Shown piece after piece: positions 41,648 through 52,239 of a DNA stretch of 64,000 nucleotides (position 1 is its first letter; every line of letters starts with the position of its first letter). Location of the stretch: positions 128,001 to 192,000 of the forward strand of contig CAWJBB010000027.1 in assembly GCA_963840855.1 (NCBI GenBank). Direction: 5' to 3'. The notes beneath the pieces are model-generated. The model was not told the DNA's origin. It made no database searches and was given only the letters and a program-made list of their open reading frames with translations. This stretch comes from an uncultured delta proteobacterium (GTDB lineage: Bacteria > Desulfobacterota > Binatia > UBA9968). The position numbers and the translations under genes are program-made.

Positions 41648-42332
41648 GTCGCGGTAGGGACCGCCCTTGCGAGCGGCCCCCCGCACAGATCCGTACGTGA
41701 GGAATTACCTCATACGGCTCTTACCTCGGGTTCATGTGACGGCCAGCCGCTCCTTGGATACGAATAAAGCATAAGGCTTGTCGTACGCGCCACAACCCCT
41801 GTGACTCGCATCCCCGGCTCTGGGTCCGGCACGAGTGCGCTTGTGGTGCGTTCCCCTTGGTCGACCTCCTTCCCTCTGCGGACTCCGCTGCCAACGCATA
41901 CGCGTCGGCTTTGTTCGCCCGCTTCGTTGGTACTATGAGGTCGTCCGACTCCACCGCAGACGTGCATGTCGACATTACGGCTTTTAGCCTTCTTCGACCG
42001 TCCCAAACTCCATCGAGGGTGGGCGTCTGCAGGGCCTCCCGGTTCTCGCGCATGGAGTTTCCCCACATGCCTAGGGTCTCTGACTCCGCGGTGTCGAAGG
42101 ACCGCTCGCGCCTAACGCTGCCCTTCATGTTGCCTTCCCCGTATCAAGACACGGTCGGCACACCGAAGTGGTGATTTCGGAGCTCCATACCTGGCCTGTG
42201 TGTACCCCTGTCAACGCTTCGCCCGCGTCCTTTCGGACCCAGACGCATGACTCGGAGCCAAAATGGTGCGCTACTCCTTTCTTGTGCGGCTCTCTCATCC
42301 GCTACTCCATGCCGGTTTATCCCGGCGCTTTC
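41648..42332 (-). mobile_element. ORF-less group II intron (RT ORF internally deleted)
   Basis: Domain V AGAGCCGTATGAGGTAATTCCTCACGTACGGATCT and domain VI ending CCCTACCGCGAC. 5' end GCGCCGGGATAAACCGGCATGG. Only the IEP start (QGLWRVRQA) fused to its end (YPRSGWPS) remains. Confidence 0.88.
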
Positions 42333-42567
42333 CTTGATCACCCAATTCGCCCGGGCGACTTCTGTAAAATTGCCCTCGCGCCGTAGATCCGTCTCCTGCT
42401 CCGAATTTCCTGCTCTGGAAATAGTCCCCCGGGATGGCAGGAAATTGGCTGGCGCCAATCATCATCCCGTGTCCCCACGCTGGCCGGCGCAGGTAAGGGG
42501 GCTAATGCAGTTTATGATACGCGGTTAGAATCTGGAGGCAAGACAAAATTCTTGCTTTGGTGGCGCT

Positions 42568-42987
42568 CTACTGCTGCTTTTTCGTGGCTAACGTTTTCAG
42601 TTTCGTATCCAAGGCATCTAAGACTGCCTGTTCCTTTTCATCCGCCAATTGCTCAATGGCGCGGGCATGTTCGGGCGTCTCCGCTCGTTCTCGTATCAGG
42701 TGTTCTTTACGCTCTTCGATCAGATTGAAAGCGTCGATCAACTCGCCAGCTCCATGCACCTGCTCCAGGATGCCTTCAACTAAAGCCGCAAGTTTTGCCA
42801 CGAGGGGGGCCAAAGTTTGATAGTGGTCGATATGCTGCTTCTCTTTCAAGGATGTAACGTACGTTCTAAGCTCCCCCACTGCCTCGGCTATCTCGGTAAA
42901 CGTCTCAAGGCTCAGACGGAATGAAACTTCGGATACAGACTTCGGTTCTGGATCGCTAGAGGGATTAGGGGGCTCTTCCTGTGCCAT
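42568..42987 (-). CDS. Hypothetical helical protein
   Basis: RBS AGGAGG. 139 aa. Confidence 0.6.
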   Translation of the reverse strand: MAQEEPPNPSSDPEPKSVSEVSFRLSLETFTEIAEAVGELRTYVTSLKEKQHIDHYQTLAPLVAKLAALVEGILEQVHGAGELIDAFNLIEERKEHLIRERAETPEHARAIEQLADEKEQAVLDALDTKLKTLATKKQQ

Positions 42988-43049
42988 ATATTACCTCCTG
43001 AAAAACTGGTCTTTCTCAAAAATGACACTTGCCCTCGATATACACCTCT

Positions 43050-43401
43050 GCCGGCGGGATGGGAAACGGACGTGTTGTCTTTGTGGCCGCGGAGAGCATT
43101 GGCTTGATCGTATTCCAGCCGTACGCGTGTTTCCCTTCGACCATATGCACCGTGAACGCTTAGGCTTCCTTTCCAAACTTCTCCACCGGCTTTTTAGGAT
43201 GCACCGTTTCGGGCGTATCGACGCCGATCAGCCGCACTCGTTCGCCGGATTCAAGCATGATCGTATCGCCATCGATGACACGCTTGACCTGACAAACTGT
43301 TGAGTGTCGGCGAGCCCGAGCCCAGTAAAGAGCGCAACAAGAACCGCGGCGCCGAGACTCCGCACCGCTCGCCGAGTCACAGGGTTAATTGGTGCCATCA
43401 G
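43050..43401 (-). pseudogene. Thermonuclease (SNase-like) pseudogene
   Basis: VKRVIDGDTI..ERVRLIGVDTPETVHPKKPVEKFGKEA* has an internal stop, and there is a frameshift after the signal peptide. Confidence 0.8.
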
Positions 43402-43594
43402 ATGACCAAAGATCATTGTTTGGACTTGGAACCGAGCCACGCCTACCCCGGATCACGGTCCAATCAAGTCGGTAGTCGCATTTGAGGCAGTGCCCGTTAA
43501 CGGCCTGGATTAGGGTGTTTCGGCCGGGCTCCCGAAGGACGATACCAAGGTAGCTGGCACAGCGGGGGCAATTGCGGAATAGGTAGCGCGTCAT
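43385..43594 (-). CDS. Small zinc-ribbon protein
   Basis: NCPRC...HCLKC. Starts 1 bp after the stop of 43596-43835. Confidence 0.5.
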   Translation of the reverse strand: MTRYLFRNCPRCASYLGIVLREPGRNTLIQAVNGHCLKCDYRLDWTVIRGRRGSVPSPNNDLWSSDGTN

Positions 43595-43595
43595 T

Positions 43596-43835
43596 TCACT
43601 TTGGGGGCAATAAATGGTCAACGGCGATCCGGCTAATTTCCATCCCGTAAAACTCGGCCAACCCGCGCATGTCGTGGTCGAACCTGATACCAGTGTCTTG
43701 AAATCGTACGACTTCCACCACGGAGCCCAGGCGGCCGTCTTTGAGGATCTTTCCGAAGGGATGCCAATAGTGAGTATACGGCGGCCCAGGAACGGCGCTG
43801 CCGGTAATCCAATAGCCTTTGTAGCGTTCCATCAT
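43596..43835 (-). CDS. Conserved ~78-aa hypothetical protein coupled to SRAP (copy 1)
   Basis: ATGA overlap with the SRAP stop. Close paralogue at 49886-50122. Confidence 0.7.
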   Translation of the reverse strand: MMERYKGYWITGSAVPGPPYTHYWHPFGKILKDGRLGSVVEVVRFQDTGIRFDHDMRGLAEFYGMEISRIAVDHLLPPK

Positions 43836-44509
43836 AGCAGTTTGCCTTCAGCCGGGAGGATGCATTCCGGCAAATCGTTTCGGGGATTGTTCACGAACGG
43901 TGACACGTCGTAGCCTTCCATCTCACCGGGCGGATACGGTTTCAGCAGCGCGAGCGCGTGAGCGAGCTCGTTACCAACCGCAAGCCATTTTAGAGCGTCG
44001 TCGTTGCTCAACATGACGGGCATTCGATTGTGGATCGGGCGCAACATATCGTTGGGTGCCGTCGTGATAATCGTGTACGTGCAGAGAAGATTTCCATCCG
44101 GTTGTTTCCAGCTATCCCATAGGCCGGCGAACGTGAACGGTTCCCCGGACTTGAGTATGAAGCGCATAGGAACCTTGCCCTTTCCTTCCTTCCGCCATTC
44201 GTAAAAGCCATCGGCTAGAACGAGACAGCGGCGCGTTCCTAACAGGTTATTGAAAGCCGGTTTCTCGCCAAGCGTTTCGGCGCGGGCGTTGATCATCTTT
44301 TTACTGACGGCCGGATCTTGCGCCCATGAAGGAATCAACCCCCACCGAAAAAGTTCGATTTTTAGCTTTGCGTCTGCTTGAACGATTACTGGCGCTTCTT
44401 GACTCGGCGCGATGTTATATTGGGGCTTTAAACCGAAGATTTCCTCGACGTTCCAGGTAAGGCGAAGGTCGGAAAATTCGCCGGGCAAATAGGTATAACG
44501 ACCGCACAT
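43832..44509 (-). CDS. SOS response-associated peptidase (SRAP/HMCES/YedK family)
   Basis: N-terminal MCGRY, then YNIAPSQ, WGLIP.W, INARAET, RRCLV.ADGFYEW and IHNRMPV. Confidence 0.95.
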   Translation of the reverse strand: MCGRYTYLPGEFSDLRLTWNVEEIFGLKPQYNIAPSQEAPVIVQADAKLKIELFRWGLIPSWAQDPAVSKKMINARAETLGEKPAFNNLLGTRRCLVLADGFYEWRKEGKGKVPMRFILKSGEPFTFAGLWDSWKQPDGNLLCTYTIITTAPNDMLRPIHNRMPVMLSNDDALKWLAVGNELAHALALLKPYPPGEMEGYDVSPFVNNPRNDLPECILPAEGKLL

Positions 44510-44796
44510 CGTTGGACGGACTCGTATCGCTACATGGCGGACAATTCCTAAAGCAAATCCGATTCTATTGGGGAGCAAGTTAGGACAGCAAACCCTGTGC
44601 CATTTATGCGAAAAAATGGCATTGCTTGCTTTTCATGAGGTTAGTGATGAAACATCGGGCGGGATGGCAGCTCATGTAGGGATTAGACGCCTAACACTTG
44701 GCTTTACCCTTCACTGTGGTTGGAATTTCAAGGACGTAAATCGCGTGATCGGGAGCGGTCAGAGCGCCAGACCGAAGCCCGCGGCCTGTCATTGTT

Positions 44797-45153
44797 TCAA
44801 TGAACGGTTTTCCGTTTCAGTCTCCACACCGTTTCCGCCATGGCGTGGGAGTCTTTCAGCGCGAGCGCCTCTAGGCATTGGTCACAATGCACGAAGTCTA
44901 GGGTATCCTCGTCGAGACGGAACGCCCATACAGAACGGGCATCGTCAAGCCGGTTCTGATAGTGCCACTTTTCTCTACGCGTTAGTGGTTTCTCTTCGGG
45001 GAATGGGAATCGTGAGCCAATCTCGCCATGAATTGCGATCTGCAGCAATCTGCCGGCAGCTTGAGCCCAGTCTAACTTAAGCGGCTTGATTTCGTTCTTG
45101 AAGGCTTCGCTTGATAGATAGCGCTTCAATTCTTTCTCGTCGGTTACAGGCAT
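44797..45153 (-). CDS. Hypothetical protein
   Basis: ORF from MPVTDEKEL with plausible composition. Confidence 0.45.
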   Translation of the reverse strand: MPVTDEKELKRYLSSEAFKNEIKPLKLDWAQAAGRLLQIAIHGEIGSRFPFPEEKPLTRREKWHYQNRLDDARSVWAFRLDEDTLDFVHCDQCLEALALKDSHAMAETVWRLKRKTVH

Positions 45154-45390
45154 CGTTGATTTTCCTTTCTGCGCCCCGGGACCTTGCGCCTGCCAGAGCG
45201 CCGGACTTAGGGACGGTGGTGGCAGACTGAAACTATTTGGATGACTATCGACCTGTCGCACTTAGAAAGTCGAGAACGTTGCGGGCGAGTGCAACGCGCA
45301 TACTTCTTGCTCATCTGGAGGCGAAAGGAATCGTAATACCAGAACGCAACGCCAAGGGCTGGTACCCTTCGAGAATAGGCCGCCAGCGCG

Positions 45391-45672
45391 TTACTCGCTC
45401 ATAAAGGGGGCATCGGGCTTGAAAACGGCTGCATTAGAAGCCCGTGGTTCAACGCGTCTAAGAATCACACCGGTTGTTAGAATCTCATAAATACCATTTT
45501 CCTTGCAATCGACGGGCTCCCAGTCGGAGGTTAGAAAATCCTTTAATCCCGGAATTTCCGCCGTCAGTGAAGCATCATAGGAGCGAGTATCTTCAAAATA
45601 GGTGTATTCGTAGATCGTGTATATTTGGTGATCATTACCTAGCGCCGTGAAGGTTCCAGTTTGCCGTTTCAT
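45391..45672 (-). CDS. Hypothetical protein
   Basis: RBS GGAGGGG. 93 aa. Confidence 0.55.
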   Translation of the reverse strand: MKRQTGTFTALGNDHQIYTIYEYTYFEDTRSYDASLTAEIPGLKDFLTSDWEPVDCKENGIYEILTTGVILRRVEPRASNAAVFKPDAPFMSE

Positions 45673-46974
45673 TTACCCCTCCGTATCCTCGCTTTGCGAC
45701 TTACTCTACTATGATAACCGGGAGGGATTTCTGTCTAATATTGGACGAACTTCAAAAAAACTATCGCCGTGAAGGGCCGGCCCCTTTCGAGCCCGGCCCC
45801 TGCCTACGCCCGCGGGTGCGTGTTGGCGTGAACGCTGCTTGCGCGAGTCTCACCCATTCCAATACGTCCGCATCCAACCAATTGCCAGAATCACGGTGAT
45901 CGCCAGCGCTACCGCGACCGTGCCAAAGCCGTACGGCGCGAGGTAATGCCCTTCGAGGCAAGCCGCCACGCCCACAACTATCAGGAACAGAGAGCGCTTA
46001 AGCCAGAGCGGCATTGCATAGGTCCGCTTTGCAACCATCAGGGCTTAATGGCGAGCATGATGCCGGCAGGTATAGTTCCGGCGAGGGGGAAGGTCAAGGC
46101 GGCCGGACCAGGGGCGGTGATTGCGAATTAGGACCGCTTCAAGAGTGCCGTTGCAACGACGGGAAACGGGCCGCCAGCGCATTATTCGCCGATGAACAGG
46201 CATTGGGCTTGAAAATGGCTTCGCAGGAAGCCCGTACGCAAACGATCTTGCTTCAAGCCTTGCTGAACCATTAACCGATTCGGGCGCTGAACCAACCGAA
46301 GCCCGACGCCGGCGAGGGCGCTGGAATTGGGCCAATGATGCGGTTGGCGGTTTGGTTGTTCATGAACGGCCAAAACGGACGACCTTCCAGATAAGCGCCA
46401 CAACGGGCAATCAAGAAGATGCTGGCTATTAGCAGCGTCAACCCGCCAAGGAACTTTAAAAAATTGTCAAATCGCCCGGGCCGGTTGTCCACTTGTCTTT
46501 CACCGCTTTCCCTTTTCATAGGCTCAACATGCGGACGCAGCCGAGCGCCGTGCAATTGTAGGTGATGCCTTTACGCGATCAATCATTTATCAATAGAGAA
46601 AGCAAGGGCGCCAGAACCGAAGCCCTACGCCCGCGGATGCGCTCGTTATCTGCTTTCTGGCGAGCGAGTGCCTCGCCGCGCAGGTGTTCACTCGATTTGA
46701 GTGCATTGACAACATGATCGAGTGTGCGCTAAAAGACGAATTCAAACCCTGATGCTCGCAATCCTCTTTTAGCCGCGGCCATCGAAGTCGGCATAGAATT
46801 TCGGTCCCGTCTATACGAAGACATGACAAGGTTTTCGGTGGGCGGGGAAAAGGACAAACCCGCGCCTCGCACTCAGGCCGGTTGCCGAAAGCGCCGGCCC
46901 TGGTGTTAACGATTGGAACGAAGCCTAGCTGTGGAACTGTTGGAACAATTGAAGCCGCGCTGAAAGCGCAGAGC

Positions 46975-47427
46975 ATGGACGTCTACGAGCAAATCCAACG
47001 CGATGAAGGCGGCAGCCGCTTAAAGCCCTATCTCGATTGCTGCGGCCGCTCTTGGAGTGAGTGCGAGTGCCCGGTCAAGGGTAAGCTTAGCATCGGCGTC
47101 GGTCGCAACCTCGATGACTGCGGCATCACTGCCACCGAGGGGCATTTACTATTCAGGCACGACGTCGCCGCGGCCAAAGCCGACGTCAACGCGCGGCTAC
47201 CATGGGCGGCTCCGGCCCTCGATGATGCCCGCTACGCCGTGCTCGTCAACATGTGCTTCAACATGGGCATAGGCAGGCTGATGAGTTTTCAGCGGATGTT
47301 TGAGGCCATGCGCAGGCAGGAGTGGCAACAAGCCGCCGACGAGCTCATGGACTCCAACTATGCACGCCAGGTCGAAGATCGCGCACGCCGGCTATCCGAA
47401 CAAATGCGAAGCGGTCGCTGGCACTGA
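46975..47427 (+). CDS. Phage-type lysozyme (GH24/T4-like)
   Basis: RDEG..RLKPYLD..SIGVGRNL..LVNMCFNMG..F.RM..AADELMDS.YARQV..RA.RL..MRSG.W. Confidence 0.85.
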   Translation: MDVYEQIQRDEGGSRLKPYLDCCGRSWSECECPVKGKLSIGVGRNLDDCGITATEGHLLFRHDVAAAKADVNARLPWAAPALDDARYAVLVNMCFNMGIGRLMSFQRMFEAMRRQEWQQAADELMDSNYARQVEDRARRLSEQMRSGRWH

Positions 47428-48954
47428 AAAAACCCCCGCATAAATGCGTCAGCGATGCATGGACGTTGGTCTGTTGTCGCCGTGAAGGGCCGGACCCCCC
47501 TTCGAGCCCGGCGCTCTCTGGTTCTACAGGTACTTTTCTATCAAGTGGATTTTGCCGCGGCGCTCAAGCTCATCAATGCAAGCCTTACCTTTTCCATATA
47601 CTTCTATGAGCCGTTCAAAGGTGAGTCGTGACGGGTTGTGTTGCAGCTCATCGCCATCCTTGATTGTCTTTTTAACCAAATCAACTAATTGATCGTCCGA
47701 GAGCCTTTCCATTAGATCGTCAAGTTTCGGGAGTTTTGCGTATCTCATGAAATAGCCTACTACGCCCGCCGCTGGGTTGAGCGGTGCACTACTGTTAGAG
47801 GGTCCTTATTGCCATCTAGGGCGCCGGATGCTACGGCGCTACTCAGGCGGTGATTTGAGGGCACCTCGGGCGGCCGTTGCCGCTTTCAAACTGGCTTCAA
47901 ACTCCCACAACCGCGCGCTTAGGTCCTCTTGGACAAGTCGAGATTCAACCGAGGTAACTGCGCCCGACGTGATGTCATGGAAAAGCGCCAATTGAGCGGC
48001 TTGGAGATCCTGCACCGTTTTTATTTCCTTCCCTTTGAACGCGAGGATTTCGGCAGTGTCTTTCATTTCCGTTCCTTTTGGTGATTCAGTTTCAGCCATA
48101 ACCGCGCCTTCTATCGCAGCGCCAGAAAAAAGCAAGGGTTCTCGGCACTGGTAAAGTTTCAGCCATCGGATGACAAAAGTTTTTAGCTATGCCATGGTCC
48201 TGCATGGCAAAAAAGAAAGCAAAGAAAAGAACACAGCAAGGCAATCAAGTATGGTTTATAAAGAAGGACGACTTTCAGAATGCTTTAGACATTCTTGAAC
48301 TGGCTATTGGGGAACCCTTTGTACCGCCTAAAGGGACGGCCAACGATCCGCTAAAGACGACGACACACCAGCGGAGAAAAAAGCGCAAGCGGCCCTTCAA
48401 CTAATCTCGCTGAGTTTCGGATTCATTTTCATCAATAGGAACATCGGGCTTAAAAACGGCTTCGCAGGAAGCCCCAGGACGCACGATCTCGCCTTGACCC
48501 TTGCCAGACCATTGACCGATTTTGGGCACCAGACCTAAGCCCGGCGCCGGCGAGGCTTGTATTGCGATGCACGAATCTTTCACGTTAGGCAACCAGAATT
48601 GAAACAAGTTGGTTACGACTATATCCAACTCGGCCCGAGAGCTTTGTCGGAGGACCGTCGAAAGAAAAGTTGACCTTTTGAGCCGTGAACGGCCGGACCC
48701 TCGTGAGCCCAAGCCTTACCCGTTCCAATACGTCCGCATCCAACCGATTGCCAAGACAAAGGTTATCACCATTGGCAACACGAGCCAGTCAAAGCCCTAC
48801 GGGGAGATGTAGTATCCCGCGATCCAAGCGGCCAAGCCTGCAACGATGAGGGACAAAGAACGCTTCAGCCATAGCGGTATATTTAGGCACGGCATTTCAT
48901 GCATAACGACTTCCCGGATTAGTTTGATGGATGGAGAATTCAATTCAATGGCCG

Positions 48955-49035
48955 GGCTAACGTTCGCGGTGACCCGTGCGAGCGAGCGCGCGAAGCGGCG
49001 CTTGCCAAGCGTCGGTGTCCACCGCAGGGTTAGGC
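48955..49035 (-). other. attC site
   Basis: GAGCCTAAC..CTGCGGTGGACACCGACGC...GCACGGGTCACCGCGAAC-GTTAGCC. The cassette starts with the complementary GTTAGGCTC at 49634. Confidence 0.8.
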
Positions 49036-49046
49036 TCGTCGCTGGG

Positions 49047-49604
49047 CTACGAGCGAGACACCTTGCCTTGGAGCCGTTCGTTCGCCTTCTCAAAAACTCG
49101 CATGGTATCCTCCACGTCGTATGGGCGCTCTTCAAACGATTCAGGATCCCATTCGCTGCGAGCCGTGGCAAAAAAATCTCCGCCGTAAACGTGGATCGCC
49201 GCGGTAATCTGATCCAGTGGGTTCGTAACAGCGTGAATAATCGCTGCGCCCAGCGGGGTCGTGTCTCTCGCGTGCAGCTCCTTACTCCCGTGTTGCTCCA
49301 AGCCGTGTTCGGCACGGCGGTAGAAGGTATTCTGCTCGCGACCTCCATAGATTCCGATGACGGCCCACATGCGATGATCGTGGGGTTTGAACTTCATCCA
49401 GGGTCCCCAGCACAAGTTTAGGATAGTCAAATCGTCTGCCCTGTAAATCGTTTCGACGCCGGCTCGCTGCGGCTCTCCAAGGACCCGCACTACGTGCGCG
49501 GGTTCGCTTACAGCTGTGGCTACCAGCTCCCGGATTGCAGCATGCGTTTCGCCTTCCTTGAGCGCAGCGCGGCAATCTTCAATGAAACGTTCTCGCTCAA
49601 ACAT
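49047..49604 (-). CDS. Metal-dependent cupin (cysteine dioxygenase-like) in a gene cassette
   Basis: PHDHRMWAVIGIYGGRE..IHAVTNP..AIHVYGG. RBS AGGAGG. Confidence 0.85.
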   Translation of the reverse strand: MFERERFIEDCRAALKEGETHAAIRELVATAVSEPAHVVRVLGEPQRAGVETIYRADDLTILNLCWGPWMKFKPHDHRMWAVIGIYGGREQNTFYRRAEHGLEQHGSKELHARDTTPLGAAIIHAVTNPLDQITAAIHVYGGDFFATARSEWDPESFEERPYDVEDTMRVFEKANERLQGKVSRS

Positions 49605-49627
49605 CTCTGTTCCTCCTTTGCTCAAGA

Positions 49628-49755
49628 GCCTAACTTTGAAGTGAGTCGGTCAATCTATCCCGCCAACTGTTTCATGATAATGGATGAGACTATAATCTTT
49701 TCCACTGCTTAATAATGAAAACTCTGACCCGACAAATACTGCACGATTGTTCAGC
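49628..49755 (-). other. attC-like site (long)
   Basis: GCTGAAC..GTCGGGTCA...TGACCGAC..GTTAGGC. Confidence 0.5.
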
Positions 49756-49885
49756 CTTTGCCAACTACAAGCGTCGGCGAAAAGGAGGAGGAGTCCAAAA
49801 TCCTGGCAGGATTGAACCGTTCGACGCTTCTGGCAAATCGCGGCGTGCATAGGCTAGGAATTCAACCGACCCAACAAAAGGCAAC

Positions 49886-50122
49886 CTAACGAGGCGCTGG
49901 CAAGCAATGGTCAACGAACATCCGGCTAATTTCCATCCCATACCACTCGGCTAGTCCGGCCAGATCGAACCTGATACCAGTGTCTTGAAATCGTACGACT
50001 TCCACCACGGAGCCCAGGCGGCCGTCTTTGAGGATCTTTCCGAAGGGGTGCCAATAATGGGTATAAGGCGGCCCAGGAACGGCGCTGCCGGTAATACAAT
50101 AGCCTTTGTAGCGTTCCATCAT
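49886..50122 (-). CDS. Conserved ~78-aa hypothetical protein downstream of SRAP (copy 2)
   Basis: MMERYKGY.ITGSAVPGPPYTHYWHPFGKILKDGRLGSVVEVVRFQDTG is shared with 43596-43835. Confidence 0.7.
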   Translation of the reverse strand: MMERYKGYCITGSAVPGPPYTHYWHPFGKILKDGRLGSVVEVVRFQDTGIRFDLAGLAEWYGMEISRMFVDHCLPAPR

Positions 50123-50128
50123 GGCGGT

Positions 50129-50449
50129 TTAACCTTCAATCGGCTTAATGCACTCTGGCGAATCGCTACGGGGATTATTGGCGAGCGGTGACACGTCGTA
50201 GCCTTCCATCTTTTCGGGCGGATACGGTTTCAATAACGTGAGAGCATGGGCGATTTCGTAGTCGAGGGCAAGCCATTTTAACGCGTCGTCGTTACTGAGC
50301 ATGACGGGCATACGATTGTGGATCGGGCGTAACACGTCGTTGGGTTCCGTCGTGACTATCGTATAGCTGCGCAATAGATTGCCATCCGGTTGCTTCCAGC
50401 TATCCCACAAACCGGCGAACGCGAACAGCTCCCCGGACTTGAGCTTGAA
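50129..50449 (-). pseudogene. SRAP 3' fragment
   Basis: FKLKSGELFAFAGLWDSW..IHNRMPV..NNPRSDSPECI. Lacks the N-terminal half. Confidence 0.85.
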
Positions 50450-50985
50450 ACTAGGGCGATGATGCACCTTCAGCCAAAATGAGCATCTTCGCAACACGGA
50501 AGACGGCTGGGAGGACCTGCCATGAACGCTGCGCTGGAAATCCGAAAGACCCGGACGGTCGGATTCAAGCCCGCCGGATAGACGGCAGACCACTTACCGC
50601 TGAAGAGCGGGAGCAAGCCCGCCGAATGGCCGCCACCAGACCGGCACACCTAACCGCCCAGGAGATCATCGACATCGACGCCGGCAAGATCGTTGCTGTC
50701 TTGATCGACTCCGACCACTCCAGGCTGAATAGTTCGCCGATTCCTCGGCGGCGGTTCTTCGATCGGTGGTTCCTCGGTCGGTGGCTCCTTAACCGGAGGC
50801 TCCGGCTGGTCTTCGTCTGGTGATGGTTCGGGAGGTTTCTCCTCTGTCATATTCGTGAATCTATTCCTTCAACGTGCTCCTGCGCCTTCTTGAGGTAAAC
50901 TTCCGCCAGGATGGGATGCAGATCAAAGCCCGCGCCGAGAAGGCTGTTAAGTAGCGACTTCTCCTGCGGGAGGTAGATGCTGGTT

Positions 50986-51207
50986 TTAGTTCGGCTTGTT
51001 CCGCTGTTCACTTAGACCCTTGTAGGCCTCCCCAAAAGTCATCTTGTCCGCATCCGGCACGGCTGCCAACTCGGCCACAAAGCCAACAAACTCTTCCAGT
51101 GCAGCCTTCACCTCGGGCGCTGTCAGTACAATAGGAATCCCGATCCGAATTGGGATTTGACCGATGCTATCGTACCACAGAACCGGTGTTCCTTTTTCGA
51201 TTTCCAT
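50986..51207 (-). CDS. Hypothetical protein
   Basis: RBS AAGGAGGT. 73 aa. Confidence 0.5.
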   Translation of the reverse strand: MEIEKGTPVLWYDSIGQIPIRIGIPIVLTAPEVKAALEEFVGFVAELAAVPDADKMTFGEAYKGLSEQRNKPN

Positions 51208-52239
51208 GTTTTACCTCCTTCGCGCGTCACGGGCTCTGCATATCACCGGCCTTAACTTGGCGCAAGGCGGGAGTTGAACGGTTCCACTGTGATTCGCTTT
51301 TGAACCTTTTCAATCATCAATCTGATCGTCCGCTTGAGTTCCTTGTCAGTTGCTTCGAGCTTGCGTTTCGGGAATCGCTCGAACTTTTTTCGCTGAGATC
51401 CTTTGTTGTTCGCAGTCGTCTTAGTCGCAGTTTCTGAGTTTGACTTTCGGGCATACTGTTGTTTTTCCTTCGCCGTCATTCCCTTGATTGTTTTCCCTAA
51501 CTCGGTTGCCAGGCGGTCCAGTTTTTTGCCGGATCTACCTTTTTTTGATGTTGATCTCCATTCATGGGTTAAAGAATTGATTCGATTCACTCTGGCCAAC
51601 GTGGAAGGGCAGGCGGCGCGCGAGGCCTACAGGGCAAGGTGCATCGTCTCATCATCCGCACATTGTGAAGAAATGCTTACCGGCACGCCGTGGAATGTCC
51701 CAAGTCTGCCGCTCGATAGGTGTTGCGTAGGTGCATAGCTCATCACCGAAGGCGAAATTCTCCAGTAGCCATTCCTCCTGCGCATGGCACATGGCTTCGT
51801 AGCGGCTGTCCCATGCTTGGGCGTCTCTCAGGAGTTGGGCAAAGCGGCGGGTGGTTGTGGTCATGAGGCCACTTCCTGGCTTGCGGATGGGTGGCCTTTT
51901 GAGCGGGCAGGGTGGTATAAAACGCACGAAAGCGATGCTTCTCTTCACAGGGGGCTCCTTTCAGGCCGGATACGGTGTGACCAGCACCGCCCGGCCACTT
52001 TATTTTTAGACCGACTTCACTTTTTGCGCCGGCTCCTCCGCTGCGGCGCGCTCCTCGTCGCACTCGCCTTCATCGCATGGCCGACAAACAACGTGCCCAT
52101 AATAGGGCGTGGCCGATGGCCCTAGCGCGGCGTCACACCCGCAGAAGCAACCGCATGTGGAGAAATAATTAGCTGACATAAATCCTCCTCCTGTGAGAAA
52201 CCCCGATTCTTTGGCTCTTGCCCTGGCCACCGGCGGAGT

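Noticed and set aside
41710-42528. Reverse transcriptase, retron or DGR genes
   Set aside because: No YADD/YxDD-containing ORF. These frames run through intron RNA domains.
50650-50850. Proline-rich 66-aa ORF as a defined gene
   Set aside because: Low complexity, no family motif, and it lies in a fragmented region. It cannot be supported beyond a possible small peptide.
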